Assembly (NCBI GenBank): GCA_963827685.1
Contig: CAWHBU010000007.1
Location: forward strand, 128,001 to 192,000
Reading direction: 5' to 3'
DNA: 64,000 nucleotides
From: an uncultured delta proteobacterium
Lineage (GTDB): Bacteria; Desulfobacterota; BSN033; UBA1163
The notes under the pieces were generated by a model that was not told the DNA's origin, ran no database searches, and was given only the letters and a program-made list of their open reading frames with translations. The position numbers and the translations under genes are program-made. Shown here in pieces: positions 29,277 through 38,960 of the stretch (position 1 is its first letter; each line of letters starts with the position of its first letter).

Positions 29277-30890
29277 ATGAAAAAATTCATTGTTCTATGC
29301 TTAGCCGGGCTTCTAATTCTGGCGTTTAGCGCACCAGGATATGCCCAGGCACCAAAATTGGAATTCAAAGCATCAGGCTACATCGATACCCAAACGTTTA
29401 TTGGCGAAGGTGTTCCGCAATATAATAGCAACCCAGGCAATACAGACATTTGGGGCGTTGTTAATAAAAACTACGCTCTAACGAGCCCATCGGGAACCTA
29501 TGGCATAGGCTCTGCAGGTTGGAACAGGACCCAATCCAACTGGGAAGGCCGCGCCCACCTCAAATTCGATGCGGTGATGGGCCCGAATTTGAGCGGAACC
29601 ATCTACTTCGAGATAGATACTTACCGATGGGGCGCCCCAATGAATTCATATGGCGCATGGACGAGAGAGGCGAATAACTTTGGCTCGTGGACGACTGACC
29701 GGACTGCAATCGAGGTCAAGAACATCTATATCGATGTTGGCCTCCCCTATTTCGGAATCCCGGTACCCATAACGGTGAGGGTGGGCGCCCAGCCATTAGG
29801 CGTCCGGCCGAACATGTTAATGTATACGGATGGTACAGGGGTCACGGGTGGCATCAAGATTGACCCTGTGCTCATCGCTCCGATTTATGCCAAGGCCCTT
29901 GAAAACCTTGATTTTGCCGACGACGATGTGGATGTCTGGGGTCTCCATGCGAATGCCAAGATCAGAACTTTCACGGTAGGCGCCTACGGTCTCTGTTACA
30001 GGATGAACACCTATCCATTCTATGTGCAAGGCGCGACTGTCATCCCTGCTGGCGTAAGTGGCAACACTGGCTTAATTAACCAAGTCCCAGGGACCTTTAA
30101 ATCCCATATGTGGTGGTTGGGAGCTTATGTGGATGGGAAGGCAGGTCCGGTTAATTTCAATTACGACTTTGTGTATGACTATGGCTCGGTTGACGAGCGA
30201 CTATCCCCAAATGTCCACAATGTCAAATACGAGGGGTGGGCAACACGACTCAAAGCTGACTATCCATGGGAGAAGTTCAACTTCGGAGTGGTTGGCATGT
30301 ATGCTACGGGCGCTGATACCAGAAGGACCTCTTCCAGTGGCCTCCCAGGAAGTTTGACAGCCGGTCTTCCTGGTGCGGCTAGTGGGAGGCAGTCTACCAG
30401 AGTCACAAGCTATGTCATTCCGCCTGGTGCAGAACAGTCATCAGCTGACCAAGAGTCGATCGTTGTCTATGGCATGGAGAACGGAGCCAGCGGAGGCTAC
30501 GGTATTGCCCACATGATCAATTACGGACAAGTGAGTAGAGGCGGATTCGGTGGAACCTGGTTTGCCAAGCTCTATGGCAGTGCCAAGCTATTACCGTGGT
30601 ATAAGGTCACCCTCCAGGGACTTTATATTGGTGATACCACCGGAAACGGAAATACCCTCGGTAACGCTGTAAAGTATAAAGGTGCTTCATTGTTGAGGGA
30701 TGACAATTCTATTGGTTTTGAATTGGATTTGATGAATGATATACAGATTTACAACAACCTGAGGTTCTGGGTCGGTGCTGGGTACCTCTTTGCCGGGAAC
30801 GCACTGGATATAAATAATGCGGGGAGTGGTGTAAACCATTCAGCGGCGAACCCCTGGGCCATCAGGACAAGATTGGTCTACACCTTCTAA
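29277..30890 (+). CDS. outer-membrane porin (deltaproteobacterial OmpJ/homotrimeric porin-like)
   Basis: Start MKKF after GGAGG, signal peptide, LSGTIYFEID, IEVKNIYID, amphipathic beta strands, C-terminal LVYTF. Confidence 0.75.
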   Translation: MKKFIVLCLAGLLILAFSAPGYAQAPKLEFKASGYIDTQTFIGEGVPQYNSNPGNTDIWGVVNKNYALTSPSGTYGIGSAGWNRTQSNWEGRAHLKFDAVMGPNLSGTIYFEIDTYRWGAPMNSYGAWTREANNFGSWTTDRTAIEVKNIYIDVGLPYFGIPVPITVRVGAQPLGVRPNMLMYTDGTGVTGGIKIDPVLIAPIYAKALENLDFADDDVDVWGLHANAKIRTFTVGAYGLCYRMNTYPFYVQGATVIPAGVSGNTGLINQVPGTFKSHMWWLGAYVDGKAGPVNFNYDFVYDYGSVDERLSPNVHNVKYEGWATRLKADYPWEKFNFGVVGMYATGADTRRTSSSGLPGSLTAGLPGAASGRQSTRVTSYVIPPGAEQSSADQESIVVYGMENGASGGYGIAHMINYGQVSRGGFGGTWFAKLYGSAKLLPWYKVTLQGLYIGDTTGNGNTLGNAVKYKGASLLRDDNSIGFELDLMNDIQIYNNLRFWVGAGYLFAGNALDINNAGSGVNHSAANPWAIRTRLVYTF

Positions 30891-31140
30891 CCCAATCGTA
30901 ACGAAAAAGGCGGCTTTTTCCGGCCCCTTTTTTTTGGCCTTGTAACCATTGTCATCCACACTCATGTGAATAATAAGGTCGTTGCCAAACTCAATAAGCT
31001 GGATCATAGTGGGCTTGGCATGACGAATGTATTATTATTTCATAATATGACGGTGTCGTGAAGTCCTGACTGGTTTCTATTCCAAGAACGTTGTGTGAAC
31101 CTATATCCGGATAAAGAAGAGGAGAAGGCATGAAGAGTCT

Positions 31141-31326
31141 TTCTTCCGAATGGCCGGGTGGGTGAGATTGAGTTGAAAGAGTCTTCCGGCTACGAAGTGC
31201 TTGATCAATCTGCTCTCGCCACGGTGAAAAAATGGAGATTTATTCCTGCCAGGAAGGGAAAGGTTGCAATCTCCTGCTGGGTAAACGTACCGATTACTTT
31301 TCAGCTCAAAGATATTTCCTTCTGAG
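31141..31326 (+). repeat. 186-bp duplicate of the tonB 3' end (28765-28950)
   Basis: Aligns without gaps with about 4 mismatches; no tonB N-terminus upstream. Confidence 0.9.
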
Positions 31327-31447
31327 ATATTTGGTTCTTTCCAAGTGGTGGATCTGTGATTCCACGCCCAAAGACAGAAGCACTGCCTTACCGAATTGCT
31401 CTGTGGATTTCAATGTTTTCTATTTCGAAATCTATTTTTAGAAAATA

Positions 31448-31484
31448 GAACTCGGGGGGACGGAAGGTCCATCCCCCCGAGTTC
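31448..31484 (-). terminator. hairpin terminator after thiolase
   Basis: GAACTCGGGGGGA..TCCCCCCGAGTTC. Confidence 0.65.
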
Positions 31485-31489
31485 AGACG

Positions 31490-32694
31490 TTAACCAACCT
31501 TGAAGATCATGGCAGCAGCGGTATCACCGGCAGCACAACCGGTAAAGAGGCAATACCCCCCACCCAAGAGCACCATCTCCTCCAGCATCTCCATAATGAT
31601 CCGGCCCGCTGTCGGGGCCTGGGGATGCCCGTAGATCAGGGAGCAGCCATAGTTGTTCATCTTCATGACATCGATACCCATTTTCTTTGCAAAGTTGATG
31701 TCATTGGTGGCAAAGGGGTTGTGGGTCTTGATGGCCTTCATGTCCGTGATCTTAAGCCCGGCGTTGGCAAGGACCATTTCGGCGGCTGGCACGGGCGCAG
31801 CAGCCATGTAACCTGGCTTAACCCGAGCAAAGCCATAGGATAAAATTTTTATTTCTATCTTTGGATCGGCACTCAGTTCCTTGGCCCTGTCCCGGGTGGT
31901 TACGATGAAGCCGCAGTTACCGTCGGCGGGGAACGTCTGGGCCCCGAAGCTGTGGACACCACCCGGCTCAGCCGGTTTGAGCTTGGCCAGACCTTCAGCA
32001 GTGGTCGGGGTCACACCTTCGTCCTGATCAACAATCTTGGTCTGTTTCTTGGAGACTTTCACCTCCACCGGAAACATGTAGCGTTTCTGGAAGGCCCTGT
32101 CATTCGCCAAAGCCATAAGATACTGCTCGTAGCGCCTCAGGACCACCGCATCACACTCCTCCTTTGTGATCCCCACTTCCCTTGCTACGTTCTCAGCGGT
32201 CCTTAGCATCTTGGTCCGTGTTCTGGGGTCTCCCTCGAAGTTGTCCATCATCCAGTTTTCGCTCTCCACCTCACCTCCAGGGCCGAGGGGTTGGGCCACA
32301 CCGTATGGGCCCCGTTCGAGCAACGGTCGGTCATCAGCCCAAAGGCCACATTGAGCGAACCATGATCAATGGCGAGTGCGGCGAGTTGGAGAATCGTCGT
32401 GGAAGTTGAGCAGGCCTGGTGGATGAAGACCGCGGGCACGTGTTTCTGATCATCCAGCAGGGTGGCGGCAGACCAGGTGTGGCCGTAAAACAGGTGGTGT
32501 TGCGGAATGGTGATCCCGAAGTAAACGTACTCGATAATGGTAGGATCAATCTTTTTCTTCTACAGAAACCAGTTGCGGGCTGTCTTGCCCCCGATCTCGA
32601 TTGCGTTCTCATTCTGCAGGCTCCCCTGCCAGCGGCAGAACGGGCTCGAATAGTAGCCGTTGTAAGGGATATACACGTTCTCAAAAGTATCCAT
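31490..32694 (-). pseudogene. thiolase family protein with in-frame TAG (32560-32562) and frameshift (~32288)
   Basis: MDTFENVYIPY..SSPFCRWQG..NWFL*KKK..QACSTS..WPNP / LGPGG..HNPFA..GHPQAPT..GCAAGD. Confidence 0.85.
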
Positions 32695-32945
32695 AAGACT
32701 TCCTCCTCATATGTTAGCTAGAAAATAAAGTTCACGTCTAACGCTCACGGCAACGATGCCCGTATCATTCAAGAACGATGAACGTTAAACGATGAACGAT
32801 GAACAGTAATATTCTCTTTTTTTGTTCATAGTTCATTGTCCATCGTTCATTGTTCAAAACGGGCTCCCTAACCGTAACCTTTACCTCCCTTCGTCCCCCC
32901 TTAAATTAAGGGGGGAATAGAGAGGGGGTAGCAGGAAGGACGAAA

Positions 32946-33437
32946 CTAAAATACGAACAGGTCGAGTCCGCCCATCATGTTCATCACAGCGCCGGTCATA
33001 TACTTACCCCCTGCCGATGTCAGAAAGGCTACGGCATCGGCAATTTCCTGAGGGTCGGCAGGTCTTCCGACGGCTGTTTTCTTTTCAACCTTCTCACGTA
33101 CTGGCGGGGGGAGGAGGTCATAGCCGTCCGTTGCGGATATTCCGACGGCAACGCAGTTTGCAGTGATATTGAAGCGGGCCTCCTCAAGGGCTGTGGACTT
33201 CGCCAGGGCAATCAGTCCTCCCTTTGCAGCGCCGTAGCTCGTCTGGCCATAACCACCGATGACTCCGGCCACAGAGGTGATGTTGATAATGCGGCCCCAC
33301 TTGTTGGCGCACATATCTGCCCATGCCTCTTTGATACAATAAAAGGCGGAGTTGAGACATATCTTGACCTCGTCATCCCATTCTTCGATGGTGGTCTTGG
33401 CAATCGAAATATTGTGGCCCATGAGTGCGGCATTGAC
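32946..33437 (-). pseudogene. SDR (FabG-like) oxidoreductase, N-terminally truncated
   Basis: NAA, GRIINITS, YGAAK, NCVA.G present; Rossmann TGxxxGxG absent, replaced by IS630 DNA. Confidence 0.8.
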
Positions 33438-33977
33438 TCCTTTGATCGCCTTGTGGATCAGGTGATGACACAACTCCCTTACAGAGATGCAAGAAAAGTG
33501 TTTTGGATCGTTGATAATGGATCTTCTCATCGGGGTTCCAAATCTGCAAACCGTTTGCAGGAGAAATATACCAATCTCGTCCTTATCCATGCTCCCGTCC
33601 ATGCCAGCTGGCTTAACCAGATCGAGATCTACTTTTCGATACTCCAAAGAAAAGCTCTTACACCGAATGATTTCTCCTCACTTCAGGCTCTTGAGGAGCG
33701 CCTTTTGAACTTCCAGAAGTACTATGAAGAAATTGCATATCCTTTCGAGTGGAAATTTATCCGGAAAGATCTGGATCGTCTTATGTGAAGCTCCCCGGCC
33801 ACAGGCCGGGGCTTCCCGAAAAGGAAATATCGTTTTAATTGTGCCCCTTGACCCCGCCTACAAGGCGGGGCTTGCGGGGCACTTGCCGGCCAAAAATAAA
33901 AACACCGTGGGCCGAACCATATCGGCTCGCCGCATAGCATAAAAATACGTTAGCGAATTTATGAACCAGGGTACTTA
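33429..33977 (+). mobile_element. IS630-family 3' fragment
   Basis: FWIVDNGSSH, PVHASWLNQIEIYFSILQRK, PFEWKF; end GAATTTATGAACCAGGGTACT followed by TA. Confidence 0.8.
33786..33893. mobile_element. two-hairpin MITE (IS200/IS605-like) inserted in the IS630 fragment
   Basis: TGAAGCTCCCCGGCC..GGCCGGGGCTT..ATTGTGCCCC..GGGGCAC..CCGGCCAA; relatives at 43470-43638, 53335-53413, 61997-62141. Confidence 0.7.
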
Positions 33978-34093
33978 GCCCGAACTTAGCTTATAGTCAG
34001 CCCCTCCCCCTACTTATTGCGACACAGTCTCTCAGGGGAGAGGGAAGAAGTGAGGGGGATATTTGAAATATTCTTGCTTAGAGATCTTAATCG

Positions 34094-36115
34094 TTACTTA
34101 TGGACAAAGGAGGCGTTGACTTTTGCGCCATGTTTCATGAAATTATCGATTCCAATCTTCCTGTCCTCTGTAGCGAAACATTCGCCAAAGATCTTAGCCT
34201 CAAGTTTCAACCCATCCGAAAGGGTCATTTTTGCCCCCTCTAAAATCGCCTTTTGAAGAAGTGAATCAATCTTTCGGCTCAAATGTCCAATATCGACCTC
34301 TGGAAGCTTCGAAGGGACAGGAATGGGGCCTTTGGGGATTGAAGGAACCTTCACTTTTCCAGAAAGAATATTCTTTACCCAATTCATACCAGCCTCGATG
34401 ATATCGCCCTCCACTTCTTCCTGGATCAAGCCGATCTCTTTGGCCTGAGCTGAGGAAATGGGGTTCGAGTTTCGAAGGATGGGCCAGGCTTTTTCTAATC
34501 CTATCCATCTTGGAAGCCTCTGAGTTCCACCCGCTCCGGGGATGAAGCCGAGCTTTGGCTCGGGTTGACCCACTAAAACCTTCTGTCCTTTTTTGGCAAT
34601 CCGGGCAGTGCAGGCCATGGCTATTTCATTGCCGCCGCCAAAGGCCAGCCCATTCATGGCGCAGACCACAGGTTTGCCCAAACTTTCGATCAGATCAAGG
34701 ACAGAATAGTTTTTGAGGCATCCCTCTTCTCCTTCCTTGGCCGTTTTTTGAGAAGCCAGCATTCCAATGTCTGCACCCGAGACAAAGGCCCTTGTTCCGA
34801 AGCCGGTCAGAACCGCACCTTTGATCTTTGGATCTCTCTGGATGTCGAGGAAGTTCTCTTTCAACTGTTCAAAAACGTCCTCATTGAGTGCATTGAGAAC
34901 TTTTGGCCTTCGAATCTTAACGATGGCGACATCACCTTTATCTTCTCTGAAAACCACAGGAATCTTCCAGGGCTTGCCGATGGCCGCCTGCTTCTTGAGG
35001 ATCTCAGCCACTTTAAACCCAGGATTTTCTTTGGCATAATTTTCTACCAATTCGAGAGACTTCTTTATTCCAACCTGGTTCATCATTTGAAAAGGAGGAG
35101 TCATGACCAGCCCATTTTCCACTCCCAAATCCAGATCGGCGATATTACTGATCCCGCTCCCCACGATTTCACAAGCGATCCCGAAAAAAGCCCCCATCAC
35201 CCGGCTTGAAATAGCTTCGTAGACTTGTTGGCTGTACTCTACCTTCTCACCTTTTCCAGCCGTTTCCCAAGGGACCCCGGATTTCACCCGGTCGTCTAAT
35301 ATCTTCGGGGAACGGAACCAAGGCATAATGACCGACGTATAGATCTGAAGCCCATGCTGTGTGAGCGGATTTCCGCCGGTGAGATTATGACCGGTGAAAG
35401 GACCGATGCCCATTCCGAGGGTTTTTTGAATAACGGCATCGATCTCCTTGATGGTGCCAAGCCCCTTCTCCGCTAACAAGGCAGCAGCAAGGAAGATTCC
35501 TTCAAAGAAAGGATTCACGGCAAAGCCGAAACGACTCCCGACCCGGATCGGGGCCTTACCGGTGAATTCGTAAAGTTTCATCGAATACTCAACCGACGCG
35601 GGATTCGTCTCCTTCATAGGAACGATTTCAAGTAGGATGTTTCTCTCCGCAGGGAAAAAATAATGGAGCACCAGGCATCGGGACTTATCCTTCACCTTCG
35701 AAAAGATATCTTCGGGGGTCATGTGGGAAGAGTTTGAGGCGAAAATCGCCGTTTTTGGACAGATCTCTTCAAGCCGGGCGAAAACCTTATGCTTATCTTC
35801 CAGCGTCTCATAGACAGCCTCCAATATCAAATCGGCACCGGTCAACTTTCCGTAATCCAGGGTGAATTCGATATTCCGGAAGATGGCGTCCGCTTCTTCT
35901 TTCTTATAGATTTTTTTCTCTATAGCCTTATTCACTTTTGATTCAGTTTTCTTTGAACCCGAATCAAGGGCTGCCTGGGCAATATCAACGACAACAACAG
36001 GCACACCGTAAGGATATAGGTTTTGGCTGAAATGAAGCGCAATATCAGGGCCGATATTGCCCGATCCAATGACACCAATCTTTCGAATCGTCCGACCAAA
36101 CATTGTAAATGCCAT
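34094..36115 (-). CDS. 3-hydroxyacyl-CoA dehydrogenase / enoyl-CoA hydratase fusion
   Basis: GSGNIG, EAVYE, SNSS, HYFFP; C-terminal AFVSGADI, GGGNE, QPE..LG.IPG.GGTQRLPR. Confidence 0.88.
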   Translation of the reverse strand: MAFTMFGRTIRKIGVIGSGNIGPDIALHFSQNLYPYGVPVVVVDIAQAALDSGSKKTESKVNKAIEKKIYKKEEADAIFRNIEFTLDYGKLTGADLILEAVYETLEDKHKVFARLEEICPKTAIFASNSSHMTPEDIFSKVKDKSRCLVLHYFFPAERNILLEIVPMKETNPASVEYSMKLYEFTGKAPIRVGSRFGFAVNPFFEGIFLAAALLAEKGLGTIKEIDAVIQKTLGMGIGPFTGHNLTGGNPLTQHGLQIYTSVIMPWFRSPKILDDRVKSGVPWETAGKGEKVEYSQQVYEAISSRVMGAFFGIACEIVGSGISNIADLDLGVENGLVMTPPFQMMNQVGIKKSLELVENYAKENPGFKVAEILKKQAAIGKPWKIPVVFREDKGDVAIVKIRRPKVLNALNEDVFEQLKENFLDIQRDPKIKGAVLTGFGTRAFVSGADIGMLASQKTAKEGEEGCLKNYSVLDLIESLGKPVVCAMNGLAFGGGNEIAMACTARIAKKGQKVLVGQPEPKLGFIPGAGGTQRLPRWIGLEKAWPILRNSNPISSAQAKEIGLIQEEVEGDIIEAGMNWVKNILSGKVKVPSIPKGPIPVPSKLPEVDIGHLSRKIDSLLQKAILEGAKMTLSDGLKLEAKIFGECFATEDRKIGIDNFMKHGAKVNASFVHK

Positions 36116-36397
36116 GAGAATCCTCCCTTCGTGTCTTCAAAAGAAGATCAGAATTCATCACTTGTTAGTTAGTCCATAATAGTGGAGACGCTGGAGACAA
36201 ATCCCTCCTTACCTCCCTTTACAAAAGGGAGGAATTCCCCTCTTTGGTAAAGAGGGATTAAAGGACATTTTCTGAAGAAAATATCTGCTCAATTATGGAC
36301 TCCTTAGTAACATCATGATGACAGGTGCCTTTGAAGAGGTGACCCTAACGACTCATCGGAACGTCGAGCGGTTAAGATCGTTCCTCTCATCTTTGAT

Positions 36398-36895
36398 TTA
36401 CTTCGTTACAGGCTCGAAGGCGAAGAAAACCCTTTCCGCCGTGATGGTGCCTGCTTTTCCTTTTTCAACGGGGATGGCAGGAACTTCGAACACGACAAAC
36501 TGTACTTCATCACCCGGCTTCAGTGTGCCCGCCGGACAGTTGATGACTCTGCTGAGCAACCTCCTGAGAGGATCTACCCCCAAATCGATCACAGCATGAA
36601 TAAGAGGGGCTTGAAATCCCAGAGGAACACCCTTTTCTTCTGCCGAGCAGACAACGACCTTGCCTCTCTTCGGCAGATCGATGTACTCAAGATTTTCGGA
36701 GTAGCACTTCGGACAGATGACTCTCGGAGGGTAAGCCACATGATTGCAGTCCTTACACTTCGTTGTAGTTAATCTGCCCTGTTTCAGGTTCTCATAAAAG
36801 GGCCATACCCTGTTAAACTCTTTTGCCTCGACAGGCCACATATCCATAGTGGTCGGGTAGAGACCTTCCAATACCGGAATTCCTAAGACTGGCAT
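36398..36895 (-). CDS. Zn-ribbon/OB-fold (DUF35) thiolase partner
   Basis: CKDC..YPPRVICPKC. Confidence 0.88.
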   Translation of the reverse strand: MPVLGIPVLEGLYPTTMDMWPVEAKEFNRVWPFYENLKQGRLTTTKCKDCNHVAYPPRVICPKCYSENLEYIDLPKRGKVVVCSAEEKGVPLGFQAPLIHAVIDLGVDPLRRLLSRVINCPAGTLKPGDEVQFVVFEVPAIPVEKGKAGTITAERVFFAFEPVTK

Positions 36896-36905
36896 ATGAT
36901 CCTCC

Positions 36906-38090
36906 TTATTTCACCGGTTCTCTTCCATAGACGATGATGGTATGTTCCGCGTTTGCCCCGCTCAGGTTGTGGGTCAGAGCAATATCGGCATTCTTCACCT
37001 GGTGTCGCGCACGCCCCTGCAGCTGTTTCATAATCTCAATCCCCTGCCGGATACCTGTTGCCCCAAAGGGATGACCCACGGCTAAGAGTCCGCCGTCTGT
37101 ATTGACGGGAACCTTTCCGCCAATCTCTATCTGTTTGGAGCCGCAGAAATCTCCTCCCTCGCCTTTCTTACAGAAACCAAGTTCTTCCACTTCGATGACC
37201 TCGGAGATGGAAAAACAGTCATGGGTCTGAGCCACCTTAATGTCACTGGCCGAAACCTTCGCCCTCTTGTAGGCCTTTTCTGCGGCGATTCTCGTATGCT
37301 TCCAATCAGCAAGATGGGCGCCTGGGAAATTGGCCGAAACGCTGTTCAGCGATACCTGAGCAGTACCCCTCAGGTAGACCAGAGGCCTATCCGTGTACTG
37401 CTTGGCTATTTCCTCGGTGGTCACAATACAGGCCGCCGCGCCATCCGTGATCGGGCAGCAATCATAGAGTGTCAGGGGCGGGACGACCACCGGTGCGTTC
37501 ATCGCCTCTTCCAGTGTCAGTCCTTTTTGCATCTGGGCCAACGGGTTGGTCGCTGCATAGTTGTAGTTTGCCACGGAGACAGCGGCCAACTGTTCTTTTT
37601 TTGTACCGTAATGCATAAAGTGTTCGGTGGCTGTTAAGGCGAAGAAGGGCGGCGGGAGTCCCATCCCGTGGACGCCGTCCCAATCATGATCAACGGATGC
37701 CAGCTCGCTATAAAAGACTTCCCATTTCTGGGGCGTGTAGAGCTTTTCCCCGCCTGCGACCATCACGATATCGGCATTTCCCGATTCAACAAGTGCCTTT
37801 GCCAGAATGATACCGGTGCTTCCTCCGGCGCACAACACATCCACTCTCGCACATATCGACGTGGGGGTCAAACCGAGTCTCTCTGCGATCACCGGAGCGG
37901 TGTTTACCTGAAAGGAACATCTCCCCGCAAACGAGGTCGCCACGATGAGACCGTCGATGTCCTTAGGTTTTAATCCGGGGATGTCATCGAGGCACGCTTT
38001 GGCCGCTTCCTGAAACAGGTCAACCAAGTGGGCTTCTCGAATTCCCCACTTGTTCTGACCGCCTCCAATAATGCATGCATGTCTTGCCAT
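36906..38090 (-). CDS. SCP-x-type thiolase
   Basis: LCAGG, DCCPITDGAAA, HDCFS, NTDGGLL..GHPFGATG. Confidence 0.88.
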   Translation of the reverse strand: MARHACIIGGGQNKWGIREAHLVDLFQEAAKACLDDIPGLKPKDIDGLIVATSFAGRCSFQVNTAPVIAERLGLTPTSICARVDVLCAGGSTGIILAKALVESGNADIVMVAGGEKLYTPQKWEVFYSELASVDHDWDGVHGMGLPPPFFALTATEHFMHYGTKKEQLAAVSVANYNYAATNPLAQMQKGLTLEEAMNAPVVVPPLTLYDCCPITDGAAACIVTTEEIAKQYTDRPLVYLRGTAQVSLNSVSANFPGAHLADWKHTRIAAEKAYKRAKVSASDIKVAQTHDCFSISEVIEVEELGFCKKGEGGDFCGSKQIEIGGKVPVNTDGGLLAVGHPFGATGIRQGIEIMKQLQGRARHQVKNADIALTHNLSGANAEHTIIVYGREPVK

Positions 38091-38133
38091 ACCATCCTCC
38101 TTAAGGTTTCTCCAAATAGAGTCGTGGTGGAAT

Positions 38134-38586
38134 TCAAACCACCTCTTTAAGTTTTTCCTGTAGTCTCTTGGTGAATTCCTTTTCGATATCCTTTGCCATT
38201 CCCTTCATGACTCTGTCGCCAAACATGGCAAGCTTCCCTACGATGTTGACGTCCACCTTATAGATAACCTCCACATGACCCGGCGACACTTCTTTCAAAT
38301 CCACAACACCCTTCTGCTTAAAATGACCGAGCTTCGTCGCATCCTCGCCTTCCCCCTCGATCTCGATATGGGATGGCTTTTCAACCTTGGTGATCCTGTT
38401 GACGGATTTCGCCTTCACTGAAACGGGACCGACTTTCTGCTTTATGACACACTCATAGGTGGTGTCATCGATCAGCTTGACGGATTCTGCACCCGGCAGA
38501 CAAGTCAAAATGGTCTCCGGTTTCATCAGAAAATCAAACAACTTATCGATCGGTGCGGTTAATGTAAAACCTCCCTCTATGATCAT
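38134..38586 (-). CDS. CoxG/SRPBCC family protein
   Basis: CLPGAE, KVGPV, VGKLAMFGDRV. Confidence 0.85.
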   Translation of the reverse strand: MIIEGGFTLTAPIDKLFDFLMKPETILTCLPGAESVKLIDDTTYECVIKQKVGPVSVKAKSVNRITKVEKPSHIEIEGEGEDATKLGHFKQKGVVDLKEVSPGHVEVIYKVDVNIVGKLAMFGDRVMKGMAKDIEKEFTKRLQEKLKEVV

Positions 38587-38617
38587 GAAAAAAAACCTCC
38601 TGCTCTTTCAATTTGGC

Positions 38618-38845
38618 TTACAAAGAACCCTGTACCTTCTCGATGAGCTCGGCCAGGGTGATATAGCTCTTATTTCCAGGGGTTGTCGCCTGCTCGATCA
38701 TAAGATCGATAAATGTGAACCCCCGCGTCTTGCCCTGTTCGTCAACCCATGCCTTATGGGGTTTATCGCCCGTTCCGAACATGTGTCTTGCGACCTGTAG
38801 ACTGGCGCTCCATTCTTTTTTACAAACAGGACATTTAAAGCTCAT
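38618..38845 (-). CDS. small C2H2-type zinc-finger-like protein
   Basis: FKCPVC-X12-H-X8-H; GGAGG RBS. Confidence 0.65.
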   Translation of the reverse strand: MSFKCPVCKKEWSASLQVARHMFGTGDKPHKAWVDEQGKTRGFTFIDLMIEQATTPGNKSYITLAELIEKVQGSL

Positions 38846-38861
38846 GGAATCCCTCCTTGTT

Positions 38862-38960
38862 CACCCCGTAAGAAATAATGGCCCCGCTGTTCTGCGGCGG
38901 GGTTAGATTTTTGAAAAATTCCAGCGACGTTTAATGCCCCATTGGGATTTCTAACGGGGC
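38862..38960. repeat. MITE with CACCCCGT(T/A)AGAAA inverted ends
   Basis: CACCCCGTAAGAAA..TTTCTAACGGGG; second copy at 62033-62096. Confidence 0.7.

Noticed and set aside
32560-32562. Pyrrolysine read-through of in-frame TAG in thiolase (also TAG at ~61769)
   Set aside because: The same genes carry a frameshift or truncation and no pyl genes are visible; pseudogenisation is simpler
32946-33647. 233-aa ORF as a novel SDR with a unique N-terminus
   Set aside because: The N-terminal part is the antisense of the IS630 fragment; it is a chimera at the junction
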